From assembly GCF_947253395.1 (NCBI RefSeq), contig NZ_CAMXYY010000002.1:2131-66130 (forward strand): DNA of 64,000 nucleotides. Direction: 5' to 3'. The notes under the pieces are model-generated. The model was not told the origin of the DNA. It saw only the letters and a list, made by a program, of their open reading frames with translations, and searched no databases. This stretch comes from an uncultured Olegusella sp. (GTDB lineage Bacteria; Actinomycetota; Coriobacteriia; Coriobacteriales; Atopobiaceae). Position 1 is the stretch's first letter. The number at the start of each line of letters is the position of its first letter. Shown piece after piece: positions 27,705-39,607 of the stretch. A program made the translations under genes and the position numbers.

Positions 27705-28280
27705 ATGCAAATACGTGACAAAAATAAAAATCGCCGCTCCTTTGGTGTTTTGGCGCTGATTTGCATTGTACTTCAGCTAGCCTTAGCTCCCAATATTGGT
27801 ATCGGAAATGGACGCGCAAATATCGCTATGGTATTTGCTGGAATTGTCTCTTTGTCTGTTGGTGGCGGAGCTGGTGTGCTTTCTAGTTTTGCTGCTGGCG
27901 TGTTTTATGATCTGTCTACTACAGGACCTTTTGGTTTGATGGCTTTCTTGCTTACCGTGATGAGTTATGTCTTGGGATCTGAAGAACGCAATAGGCTTTC
28001 TGATGAACCTACTGAAAGTATTACTGCTTTTGCAGCCAGTTCGCTGGTAGCTCACTTGGTTTATCACTTAACCATGCTCTTTGTGGGTTCATCCAAGTCT
28101 TTTGTTGATGCCGTCGTGTTGAGAACGCTACCGACTTTTTTGCTGACGCTGATAGTTTTTGCTCTATTTGTTCATTTCTTACATTTGGGGTCTGGTAATT
28201 CTGCCATGAAGACAGCACGCAAAGCTGGACTGGCAGGTAAGCGCCGTGGCGGTAGTCATTACGATCTAGGAAAGCTGTAG
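27705..28280 (+). CDS. mreD: Rod shape-determining protein MreD
   Basis: Hydrophobic protein with GVFYD..FG motif between mreC and PBP2. Confidence 0.85.
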   Translation: MQIRDKNKNRRSFGVLALICIVLQLALAPNIGIGNGRANIAMVFAGIVSLSVGGGAGVLSSFAAGVFYDLSTTGPFGLMAFLLTVMSYVLGSEERNRLSDEPTESITAFAASSLVAHLVYHLTMLFVGSSKSFVDAVVLRTLPTFLLTLIVFALFVHFLHLGSGNSAMKTARKAGLAGKRRGGSHYDLGKL

Positions 28281-28288
28281 GCTGAGCT

Positions 28289-30319
28289 ATGAGTATGACC
28301 ACGGTCATTGTAGTCATCTGTCTACTCATTGCTCTTGCCCTTATTGTCATTTTCTTGATATTTGGGCGAGGGGAATCACGTTTTACTTTTGATATCGGTG
28401 GGGCTGCGCCTCGAGCGACGGGCGGCGCTGGTAACTCATCAGATACAGGTTTTCGCGAGCGTTTGGCTGGACTCGGTATTTTTTCAGGTACAGTAATTGC
28501 CGTACTTTGGGTCAAACTCTGGTCTATGCAGCTTCTCTCTACCACTACGTATAGTCGGCAGGCTGAATCCAATCGCACTCGCACTATTTCGACGTTAGCT
28601 CCGCGTGGACGTATTTTGGATCGCAACGGCAATGAGTTGGTTACCAATAGATCTTCTTTGACGGTGACTGCCTCATCGGTGGTTGCCGATGATCAACTGG
28701 AGTGTCAGCTTCTGGGCAACCTTATCGGTATGCCTTGGCATGCAGTGCGTCGCAAAATCCAAGATACAAGCGATGGTGCACAGAGCATGCGTACCGTTGC
28801 TTCTGATGTTTCTCGTCATACTGTGGCCTATATTGAGGAACGCCCCTATCTTTTTCACGATGTTACCGTTGAACAGCGTACGGTGCGTCTTTATCCCCAT
28901 GGTAGCCTTGCTGCTCATGTTGTGGGCTATACCGGCACCATATCTGCCGAGCAACTCAAGAATGCCAAGGATAAAAGAACTGGCGGTAATGCCGACTATC
29001 AGTCAGGAGATACGGTAGGTCAGGCTGGCGTTGAGTATCAGTATGAAAATGTTTTGCAGGGTATTCGTGGCGAAAAGACGGTATATGTTAACGCAGATGG
29101 AAAGGTGCTTGATCACGTAAGTACCGTTGAACCTCAGCCTGGCTCTGATGTGATGCTGACGCTGGATATCGATGTCCAAAAAGCCGCTGAAGAGTCTTTG
29201 CAAAAGATTATAAAAAAGCTTTCAAAGCCAAAAAACGAAGATCGTATCGCAGGCTGTGTCGTCTGTATGGATGTCACTAACGGTGAAATTATTGCTATGG
29301 CAAGTGAACCAACTTTTTCACCCAATATTTTTGTTGGTGGTATCTCTGCTTCCGACTGGGAAGAACTTGGTAAGGAAGAAAGTGACAATCCTCTACTCAA
29401 TCGTGCCGTAACTGGTCAGTATCCTTCTGCTTCCACAATTAAACCACTCTCTGCTTTGGCAGCCTTAGACAATCAGCTTGCAACTCAAAGTTCTACCTAT
29501 AATTGCACAGGATATTGGACTGGTTTTGGTAAAGAGTATGGTCAGTACTGCTGGAACCATGAAGGTCATGGCCTTATGTCTATTGAGACAGGCATAGTCT
29601 TTTCCTGTGACGTTGTTTTTTATGAGATTGGTAAGGCAATCTTTTATTCCAAGACTCCCGAAGCTTTGCAGGATAAATATCGCTCTTGGGGTTTAGGCAA
29701 AAAGACAGATATTGACTTGCCCAGCGAATCTGTGGGGCGCGTACCTGATGCAAAATGGAAGTGGAATTACTTCAGTTCGGCAGATGATACTGCTCGTAGC
29801 TGGCAGGGCGGCGACAATACCAACCTTGCTATAGGCCAAGGTGACTTGTTGGTGACACCGCTGCAGATGACTTGCGTTTATGCCGGCCTTGCTAACGGTG
29901 GATACTGGTTTACTCCACATGTACTTAAAAGCGTTATGTCTCGTGAGGGCTCTGGATCAGTTATCGATTACAAGGCAAAAGATCCTAAAAAGGTCAAAGA
30001 AAATGATGCATATATTGATTTGATACATAAGGCGCTTATAGGCGTGGTCTATGATGAATCTGAGGCTCAGGCATCTCATTTCACCAATATGACCGTGCGT
30101 GTTGCTGGCAAAACTGGTACTGCAGAGTCTGGCCATGACCAGCCTCATGGTTGGTTTATTTCCTATGTTCCTGCAGATAAACCCAAGTATGTTGTTGCAT
30201 CATGCTTGGAATATGCCGGTTTTGGTAGCGTTTCGGCTCTTCCTGTTGTTCGTGACGTACTTGGTGCTATCTATGGTCAACCCGATACATCTGAGCAAGA
30301 AGTAGGGGGGGATAGATAA
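28289..30319 (+). CDS. mrdA: Penicillin-binding protein 2 (class B)
   Basis: APRGRILDRNG, STIK (SxxK), SCD and KTGT motifs. Confidence 0.93.
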   Translation: MSMTTVIVVICLLIALALIVIFLIFGRGESRFTFDIGGAAPRATGGAGNSSDTGFRERLAGLGIFSGTVIAVLWVKLWSMQLLSTTTYSRQAESNRTRTISTLAPRGRILDRNGNELVTNRSSLTVTASSVVADDQLECQLLGNLIGMPWHAVRRKIQDTSDGAQSMRTVASDVSRHTVAYIEERPYLFHDVTVEQRTVRLYPHGSLAAHVVGYTGTISAEQLKNAKDKRTGGNADYQSGDTVGQAGVEYQYENVLQGIRGEKTVYVNADGKVLDHVSTVEPQPGSDVMLTLDIDVQKAAEESLQKIIKKLSKPKNEDRIAGCVVCMDVTNGEIIAMASEPTFSPNIFVGGISASDWEELGKEESDNPLLNRAVTGQYPSASTIKPLSALAALDNQLATQSSTYNCTGYWTGFGKEYGQYCWNHEGHGLMSIETGIVFSCDVVFYEIGKAIFYSKTPEALQDKYRSWGLGKKTDIDLPSESVGRVPDAKWKWNYFSSADDTARSWQGGDNTNLAIGQGDLLVTPLQMTCVYAGLANGGYWFTPHVLKSVMSREGSGSVIDYKAKDPKKVKENDAYIDLIHKALIGVVYDESEAQASHFTNMTVRVAGKTGTAESGHDQPHGWFISYVPADKPKYVVASCLEYAGFGSVSALPVVRDVLGAIYGQPDTSEQEVGGDR

Positions 30320-30320
30320 C

Positions 30321-31529
30321 ATGGCAGAAACAGCTTCTTTTTTTGAGCATCTTCGCTCGCTTTTTGACAAACAGAGCATCGCATCTACAAAAAAAGGCCG
30401 CCTTGCAGGACCTTTGAGTAGTTTTTATCTAGGCGGACTTGTACCTGTACTACTGCTCGTATGCTATGGCACCGTAATCATTTGGTCTGCTTCACGTACT
30501 ATCGTTGATGTCTCTTTTCCTCGACATCTGCTCGGTATCATGATGGGTTTTGCTGTAGCGCTTGCCATCTGGCGCAGTGACTATCGTGTGATGCAATCAT
30601 CTTCGATTGTACTTTTTGTTATCATCGTTGGTCTGATTGTATTACCCAATGTTCCTGGTTTTGGCATTTCTGCCAAAGGTATGACGGGCTGGGTCAAAAT
30701 ACCTTTGGTAGGCTTGCGTTTCCAACCTTCGGAAATCGTCAAAATACTTACCATCTTTTTGATGGCAGGTCTTGGTGCAGAATACAATGGCAAGATTGAT
30801 ACCCTGCGGGACTATGTCAAGATTTGCGGTATCCTTGCTGCTATTTTTGCCATTTTGATTATTCAAGACCTCGGCACGGGTCTCATTGTTTTTGTTGTAG
30901 GTGCCTCCATTATCATCATGTCTGGTGCCAAGAGGAGCTGGGTTCTCATTACTATTGGTTTGGTAGTCGCTGTTGCTGCTTTGGTTGTTGGTCTCTCATT
31001 GGCTGACAATGTTCCGCACGCTCTCAAACTGCTTAAGGATTATCAGCTCAAACGCTTGCTTGTCTTTGTGGATCCTTCGGTAGATCCTGCTGGCGATGGT
31101 TATAACCTGCTACAGGCAAAAATTGCAGTTGGCTCTGGTGGACTATTGGGTAAAGGTATTGGTAATGCGAGTCAGGCTTGGTCGGGTTTTTTGCCTGAGG
31201 CACATACTGACTTTGTTTTTGCTCTTTTGGCTGAAGAGTTTGGTTTTATGGGGGCAACTTTGCTTTTAGCTCTCTTTGCTTGGGCAATATTTTCTACGAT
31301 TTGGCTTGCTCGTCGTTTTGAATCGCCGTATGCAAAATTGTTGCTTGCGGGTATTGCAACAATGTGGACGTTTCAGCTCTTGCAAAATGTGGGTATGTGT
31401 ATTGGGATTATGCCTATTACTGGCATTCCCTTGCCGTTTATTAGTTTTGGTTCATCTTCGATGGTCGTACAACTGTCGGCTGCAGGTATTATTCAATCCA
31501 TTTGGCACCATCGTCCCAAAGCTGCGTAG
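30321..31529 (+). CDS. rodA: SEDS peptidoglycan polymerase RodA
   Basis: QPSE, QDLGT, PEAHTDF and ITGIPLPFISFG motifs; follows mrdA. Confidence 0.92.
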   Translation: MAETASFFEHLRSLFDKQSIASTKKGRLAGPLSSFYLGGLVPVLLLVCYGTVIIWSASRTIVDVSFPRHLLGIMMGFAVALAIWRSDYRVMQSSSIVLFVIIVGLIVLPNVPGFGISAKGMTGWVKIPLVGLRFQPSEIVKILTIFLMAGLGAEYNGKIDTLRDYVKICGILAAIFAILIIQDLGTGLIVFVVGASIIIMSGAKRSWVLITIGLVVAVAALVVGLSLADNVPHALKLLKDYQLKRLLVFVDPSVDPAGDGYNLLQAKIAVGSGGLLGKGIGNASQAWSGFLPEAHTDFVFALLAEEFGFMGATLLLALFAWAIFSTIWLARRFESPYAKLLLAGIATMWTFQLLQNVGMCIGIMPITGIPLPFISFGSSSMVVQLSAAGIIQSIWHHRPKAA

Positions 31530-31618
31530 GCAAATACATAGGATGCATCATTCATTACAATGCCTGTTTTTCTTGACATTACAATGGAAAAGAAAAACGG
31601 TGTAGAGGAGAAACTGGC

Positions 31619-32599
31619 ATGGCAAAGAAAGCTTTTTCGCTATCGAGCGTGTTTGAGCTTTTAAGTGAGAGCAAAAGTTCTGATGAGCAACGTTGTGCTC
31701 CTACACATACTTTGGTAATAATCGATATGTCTGCTGCTCGTGAGTTGATACTTGAACTCAAACGACTGCTTTGTGCCGAACAGCCAAGTGCTGAGTTAAG
31801 TATCAAAGAGCTCGAATATGGTGTGAGCACAACGCTTGTGCCTGACCTTGCTATTTTTGTTGTGGGCAATCAGCTTACTCTTGTTGCCAAAGAAGCAAAG
31901 CATTTCGCAGAATCTGGAGTTTCTTGTGCCTTGATTGCGGAAAGTAGTCTAGATTTACCTTCTTTTGACAATTTGGACGAAAGCTTCAAAGACTTACTGA
32001 CACCCATTGCCGTTTCTAATACTGCAGAGCTTGCAAAACCGTTAGCTCAGTGGATGGTAGAGGCTAGCGATAAAGCAGTGGCCTTTGCTGCGTCTTATAG
32101 TTTTTGTAGACAGACACTCATTGATTCGCTGGTGCTGCTGTGTGCTGCTCAAAATGCTGCGGTTGGTGCTATTGATATTATCCACGGCTCAGATTTTCCC
32201 ATCATGACAGTCAACCAACTCAAATTAGCCTTGAGCATTGCTGCTGCATCTGGCCGCTCTTTATCGCCTTCTTTTTTGATAGATACCGCTTTGGTTTTGG
32301 CTTGTGGGCTCAGCTGGCGCCAGTTTGCTCGTATGCTGAGCAATATTTTGCCTATGGGCAATTGGTTGGGGAGAGGAGCCATGGGATTTGCAGGTACCCT
32401 GGCAACAGCTCAGCTTTTGAAAGCTCAAAATGATGGAAGCCTTGTTCGTGATGCAGCTAAGCTTAAAGACAGGTTGCTTAGACAATGCGTTGCAGTCAAA
32501 GAGGCTCAGCAGAGCCATACTGTTGTCAAGCGTATAGCGCCTGTACTATCCAGCGATGCTGCCGCTGCACGTACAACTGGCTATATAAGCTATCGCTAA
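31619..32599 (+). CDS. Hypothetical protein; C-terminal half resembles DUF697/YcjF-type hydrophobic helices
   Basis: 326-aa ORF with RBS AGGAG; QNAAVGA...SDFPIMTVNQLKLAL segment. Confidence 0.6.
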   Translation: MAKKAFSLSSVFELLSESKSSDEQRCAPTHTLVIIDMSAARELILELKRLLCAEQPSAELSIKELEYGVSTTLVPDLAIFVVGNQLTLVAKEAKHFAESGVSCALIAESSLDLPSFDNLDESFKDLLTPIAVSNTAELAKPLAQWMVEASDKAVAFAASYSFCRQTLIDSLVLLCAAQNAAVGAIDIIHGSDFPIMTVNQLKLALSIAAASGRSLSPSFLIDTALVLACGLSWRQFARMLSNILPMGNWLGRGAMGFAGTLATAQLLKAQNDGSLVRDAAKLKDRLLRQCVAVKEAQQSHTVVKRIAPVLSSDAAAARTTGYISYR

Positions 32600-32810
32600 G
32601 TCCGACGTCAAATCGCAGTATCGCGGAGTATATAGTCTATATTTGGTGTTAGTCTTGTGGATGCGATAAAGAGCTTGCTCCAATTGGCTAAGCTGTATAT
32701 CCTAACTAGAGGCGTCCGCTGTGTCTCTGACGGTTTTTCCGTTGACGATGCAGGTCGACGCCTGTATTATGGATAGCTGTTGCACTATTCCAGCATCGAA
32801 GGGTTCTCAC

Positions 32811-33119
32811 ATGTACGCAATCGTTACGACTGGTGGCAAGCAGTATAAGGTTGCCGAGGGCGACGTCATTGACGTTGAAAAGCTCAGCGCGCAGCCTGGC
32901 GACAAGGTCAACCTCGACGTCCTGATGCTTGCTGACGACACAAAGACCGTTGTCGCTCCCGCTGAGCTCGAGGGTAAAAAGGTTGTCGCTGAAGTGGTCG
33001 ATCAGCACAAGGGCAAGAAGGTTATTGTCTTCAAGCTTCACAAGCGCAAGCGTTATCGCCGCACCAAGGGTCACAGGCAGCAGCTTACGCGCCTGCAGAT
33101 TACTTCCATTCCCGCGTAG
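32811..33119 (+). CDS. rplU: 50S ribosomal protein L21
   Basis: MYAIVTTGGKQYKV and KGHRQ. Confidence 0.97.
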   Translation: MYAIVTTGGKQYKVAEGDVIDVEKLSAQPGDKVNLDVLMLADDTKTVVAPAELEGKKVVAEVVDQHKGKKVIVFKLHKRKRYRRTKGHRQQLTRLQITSIPA

Positions 33120-33164
33120 GCTCGCGCTATTCCCATTAGTTTTTCGAGTAAGGCAGGTAGTACT

Positions 33165-33416
33165 ATGGCACATAAAAAGGGCCAAGCATCTTCGCGCAAC
33201 GGTCGCGATTCCAACGCTCAGCGTCTTGGTACCAAGATTTTTGGTGGTCAGACAATTAAGACCGGTCAGGTTATTGTTCGTCAGCGTGGCACACACATTA
33301 CTCCTGGTACAGGTGTTGGTCGTGGCAAGGATGACACGCTTTTTGCACTGCAGGATGGCACCGTGCAGTTTGTGAGGGGTGCCAAGCACGTCGTTAACGT
33401 GGTGCCTGCTGAGTAG
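33165..33416 (+). CDS. rpmA: 50S ribosomal protein L27
   Basis: [14 protein letters not shown] and IVRQRGT. Confidence 0.97.
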   Translation: MAHKKGQASSRNGRDSNAQRLGTKIFGGQTIKTGQVIVRQRGTHITPGTGVGRGKDDTLFALQDGTVQFVRGAKHVVNVVPAE

Positions 33417-33434
33417 AGTGTAGGTTGCATAATC

Positions 33435-33463
33435 AAACCCCATCGCTAGTGCGGTGGGGTTTT
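33435..33463 (+). terminator. Intrinsic terminator after rpmA
   Basis: AAACCCCATCGC-TAGT-GCGGTGGGGTTT followed by T-rich tail. Confidence 0.85.
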
Positions 33464-33548
33464 GTCTTTGTGTTTGATTGTCTTGCTTGAACACTTTGTT
33501 TCAATTCATAAACGTATGTGAAATGAGACTCAATCTAAGCGTGCTCTT

Positions 33549-33557
33549 TGATATAGT
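33549..33557 (+). promoter_or_regulatory. Extended -10 candidate for the Trp leader/ECF operon
   Basis: TG-A-TATAGT about 40 nt upstream of the leader ATG. Confidence 0.5.
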
Positions 33558-33596
33558 CCCACTAACACGAAATCGAGTGAAGAAGGGAGTTTGACC

Positions 33597-33671
33597 ATGA
33601 TGACTCAGATAAGCACTTCTAAGGGCATGAACTGGTGGTGGCGTAGCTGGTCTTCTTTTGGTCGACTCTAG
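33597..33671 (+). CDS. Trp-rich attenuator leader peptide (TrpL-like), MMTQISTSKGMNWWWRSWSSFGRL
   Basis: RBS AAGGGAG, ATG 33597, TGG codons at 33633-33641 and 33648, TAG 33669-33671; overlaps alternative hairpins; upstream of a TrpP-like gene. Confidence 0.85.
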   Translation: MMTQISTSKGMNWWWRSWSSFGRL

Positions 33672-33699
33672 GTCGCTTGCTGCCACATGACTTGTGCAG

Positions 33700-33732
33700 A
33701 CGACTTCCGGGTTGACCGGGAGCCGTTTTTTT
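33700..33732 (+). terminator. Attenuator terminator
   Basis: ACGACTTCCGG-GTTGA-CCGGGAGCCGT followed by TTTTTT, upstream of the S-component RBS. Confidence 0.85.
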
Positions 33733-33783
33733 GTGTCGTTCAATCTACATTGACTATCAAAGCTCATGTTAGGAGAAACTCTC

Positions 33784-34353
33784 ATGGAAAATTCGAAGCA
33801 TACTGGCGCTGAAGTCCGTACCATCAAAAGTACTCAGGCACAGTCAGGCAAGCTTGATGTTGGTTCTTTGGTTCTCGTCGCTATTCTTCTTGCTGCAGGT
33901 TTTATTCTCAATGCAACAGTGGGTAACATGCTCGCTATTACAGGTATCAAGCCTGAGTTTTGTATTGCTGCATATTGCTTGGCTATCCTGCTGCTTAAGC
34001 CGACCCTGCCTCAAGCCATAATCTTTGGTATTCTCGCGGCTACCGTCATTCAAATCACTACTTCTATTCCTGGCGTTGAATACGTTGCGGATATTCCTGG
34101 CGCAGTTGTAGCTTTTTTGCTCGTTAATAAATTTACCGATGACAAGACACCTGTATATCTTCCTTTTGTTGTGGGTTTTGTTACTACTTTGGTTTCTGGT
34201 CTGATTTTTGCTTCTATTGCAATGGTCATCGTACTTAAGGGTGCGCTTGCTTCCATGCTGCCCCTATTAATTGTTGTGTTAAGTACTGCGGTGGGCAATG
34301 CCTTGGTAGTAGGTGGTCTTTACCCTGCTTTGCGTAAGGTTGTCTCTCGTTAA
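33784..34353 (+). CDS. ECF transporter S component, probable tryptophan-specific (TrpP-like)
   Basis: About 190 aa, 5-6 TM; GIKPEFCIA resembles the TrpP GMKPD motif; Trp leader upstream; ECF module downstream. Confidence 0.75.
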   Translation: MENSKHTGAEVRTIKSTQAQSGKLDVGSLVLVAILLAAGFILNATVGNMLAITGIKPEFCIAAYCLAILLLKPTLPQAIIFGILAATVIQITTSIPGVEYVADIPGAVVAFLLVNKFTDDKTPVYLPFVVGFVTTLVSGLIFASIAMVIVLKGALASMLPLLIVVLSTAVGNALVVGGLYPALRKVVSR

Positions 34354-34394
34354 GTTGTATCAAGGATGCTGCCATCCTTTGAAAGGGGCTTGTA

Positions 34395-36212
34395 GTGTCA
34401 GTATGTAGGGCATGTGATTCGGCTGCCATACCAGTTATTCAGTTGTCTCACGTATCTTTTGCTTTTGAGGATACGACGCAAAAAAATAACTCCCTGCATG
34501 TGCGCCCCTATGCGTTACATGATGTAAGTCTTGACATCAATGAAGGAGACTTCGTAGGTATCATTGGTCCTTCTGGAGCAGGTAAAACTACCCTTACTTC
34601 GGTGCTGTCGGGTGCGATACCTCATCATTATAAAGGTGAGTTCAGAGGTGCTTGTTTGGTAGCGGGTATTGATACCTGCGAAGTCGAGCTTACAGATGTC
34701 TCTCAGATTGTTGGTAGCGTCTTGCAGGACATTGATGCACAGATGGTTTCTGCAAACGTAGAAGATGAGTTGCTTTATGGTCTTGAAAACTTTGGTGTTG
34801 ATCATGAGCACATAATGCCGCGCGTATTTGAGGCGCTTGAAGCGGTAGGCATCTCCGATTTGCTTCATCGCGATATTGCGACTCTTTCTGGAGGACAGAA
34901 GCAAAAAGTTGCGATTGCCGCAATTTTGGCCTTGCAACCTCGTGTATTGGTTTTAGATGAGCCTACGGCAGCACTCGATCCGCTTTCGTCACGTCAGGTA
35001 TTTGATACGCTTCGTCTACTCAATCAGACTCAAGGAATTACAGTGGTTGTGGTAGAGCAAAAAGTTGCTCTGCTTGCTGAGTATTGTCAGCGTATGCTCG
35101 TGCTTTCCGAAGGAGCTGTTGCCCTTGATGGCAGCCCCGCAGAAGTTTTGACGCACCGTCAAGAGCTCAAAGCCATCGGTGTTGATTCTCCACGCGTTAC
35201 CCGTGTTTCAAACAAGCTGCATGCAAAGCAATTACTTGATAAAAGCTGTTCTTTTTTGACTACGGATACTGCATTTGCTGGTATCAAGAATTTAATTGCT
35301 GACAATAAAACTCCTCGCAGGGCTGATTTTGAGCCCAGAAGAAGCGAAGACGCGTTTATAGTGCAACACGAAGCTGGTTCCAAGACCCAGCAACAGGCAG
35401 TCTTGTCTTTTGACCGCGTAGCTTTTTCCTATGGACCTCATGCCGCTTCGGTGCAAGATATTGATTTTGAGGTGTATCCCGGTGAGCTGCTTGCCATTAT
35501 TGGTCAAAATGGTGCAGGTAAAACTACCCTTACCAAACTCATGAATGGTCTTCTCAAGCCCTCTGAAGGCAGGGTGACCATCTGTGGTTTGGATACATCT
35601 GTAGCTCGTACAAGTCAGATTGCACGTCATGTCTCGACGCTTTTTCAAGATCCCGATCATCAGATTTGCAAAGAAACTGTCCTCGATGAAGTGGCTTTTT
35701 CCTTGGAATTACTAGGCGTTGATACACAAATAGCCCGCTCTCGAGCAGCACAAACGATTAAACAGTTTTCCTTACCAGCCGATGTTGCTCCGTTTTCGCT
35801 TTCACGTGGCCAGCGGCAGATTGTGGCTCTTGCCAGTGTAATCGTAGTGCGCCCACAGTTACTCATTTTAGATGAGCCTACCTGTGGTCTTGATTATCAA
35901 GAGTGTATGGTTGTCATGAGGGCGGTCAAAGAGGCGCGCAAGCAGGGCTGTGCCATTGTGATGGTGTGTCATGACATGGAAGTTGTCTATGACTTTGCAA
36001 GCCGCATTATGGTCATGTCTGATGGCTTTAGTCGTGCTGATGGCAATCCCGTTGAACTTTTTGAGAATTCTGAGCTCATGAAGCAGGCTTCTGTGGCACC
36101 GCCGCAGATTCTTGGTCTTTCTAGCAAGTTGGCAGCAGATGGCTACAGTGTCTATAAAAGTCTGTCTGAGGTGAGTGATATTGTGACTATTACGGAAGGT
36201 CTGGTGAGATAA
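34395..36212 (+). CDS. ECF transporter fused double ATPase (A-A')
   Basis: Two ABC cassettes: GPSGAGKT/LSGGQ/LDEPT and GQNGAGKT/LSRGQ/LDEPT. Confidence 0.92.
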   Translation: MSVCRACDSAAIPVIQLSHVSFAFEDTTQKNNSLHVRPYALHDVSLDINEGDFVGIIGPSGAGKTTLTSVLSGAIPHHYKGEFRGACLVAGIDTCEVELTDVSQIVGSVLQDIDAQMVSANVEDELLYGLENFGVDHEHIMPRVFEALEAVGISDLLHRDIATLSGGQKQKVAIAAILALQPRVLVLDEPTAALDPLSSRQVFDTLRLLNQTQGITVVVVEQKVALLAEYCQRMLVLSEGAVALDGSPAEVLTHRQELKAIGVDSPRVTRVSNKLHAKQLLDKSCSFLTTDTAFAGIKNLIADNKTPRRADFEPRRSEDAFIVQHEAGSKTQQQAVLSFDRVAFSYGPHAASVQDIDFEVYPGELLAIIGQNGAGKTTLTKLMNGLLKPSEGRVTICGLDTSVARTSQIARHVSTLFQDPDHQICKETVLDEVAFSLELLGVDTQIARSRAAQTIKQFSLPADVAPFSLSRGQRQIVALASVIVVRPQLLILDEPTCGLDYQECMVVMRAVKEARKQGCAIVMVCHDMEVVYDFASRIMVMSDGFSRADGNPVELFENSELMKQASVAPPQILGLSSKLAADGYSVYKSLSEVSDIVTITEGLVR

Positions 36213-36959
36213 ATGGCAGGTCTTCTGAAGTACTCTGAGGGTACCACCCTGCTTCATCGTGCTAATCCTCTTTCCAAGGTTTTATTGGCACTCTGTATTT
36301 GTGTGGCTGTTTTTTTAGCGCCTCATCCCTTTATATTGATGGGCATCATTGGTGTAGAAGTCCTCATAGGCCTTTATGCGGGCATTGGCAAAGAGACTTT
36401 AAGCCTGCTTACGGGTCTTTTGGGTTTGGGCTTGGTAATGTGCTTGGTTCAGGTGCTTATTATTCGAGATGGCACGCCTATTTTTTTGTTTGTGACAGAC
36501 CGAGGTCTTTCCACAGGTATATTAGTTGCTTTGCGCCTCGTAGCTTTTGCCATCCCCTTGGTACAAATGCTCACGTTGACTCGGCTTACTGATCTTGCAA
36601 ATGCTGCAGTTGAAGTGTTGCACGTTCCTTATCGTTACGCTTTTACTATTACTACTGCTCTTCGTTTTGTGCCGATTTTTGCGGATGAGATGAACAAAAT
36701 CGTTGAAGCTCAGACTGCCCGCGGTGCCTCTTTTGATGAGGGTAGCATTTTTAGACGCCTACGTCTGATGCTGCCGCTTGCAGCACCGTTGCTGATCTCT
36801 TCGGTTGCCAAAGCTGATGATACAGCGCTCGCAGCAGAGGAAAGAGGCTTTTATTTGCGCACGCGTTCCTCTTCCTATAAACGCTATCCTTTTGCTGCGG
36901 CTGATATTGTTGTTTTTGCCGCAGGTATGTTAATTGTGGCTGCTTCCATCATTTTATAA
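36213..36959 (+). CDS. ECF transporter T component
   Basis: LRFVP, AQTARG and EERGF motifs of the EcfT/CbiQ family. Confidence 0.9.
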   Translation: MAGLLKYSEGTTLLHRANPLSKVLLALCICVAVFLAPHPFILMGIIGVEVLIGLYAGIGKETLSLLTGLLGLGLVMCLVQVLIIRDGTPIFLFVTDRGLSTGILVALRLVAFAIPLVQMLTLTRLTDLANAAVEVLHVPYRYAFTITTALRFVPIFADEMNKIVEAQTARGASFDEGSIFRRLRLMLPLAAPLLISSVAKADDTALAAEERGFYLRTRSSSYKRYPFAAADIVVFAAGMLIVAASIIL

Positions 36960-39561
<2,602 letters not shown>

Positions 39562-39607
39562 TAAGAAGGATAACGAGACTCAATGAGCGGAGAGGAGAAC
39601 CCTCGAA

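Noticed and set aside
33119..33165. Missing Prp protease gene between rplU and rpmA
   Set aside because: L27 starts directly at MAHKK with no cleavable extension, so the absence is expected.
32706..33494. 262-aa minus-strand ORF over rplU-rpmA
   Set aside because: Antisense to two unambiguous ribosomal protein genes.
33590..33735. T-box or metabolite riboswitch upstream of the ECF operon
   Set aside because: No T-box GGTGGNACCGCG consensus or stem I; the Trp leader peptide explains the region better.
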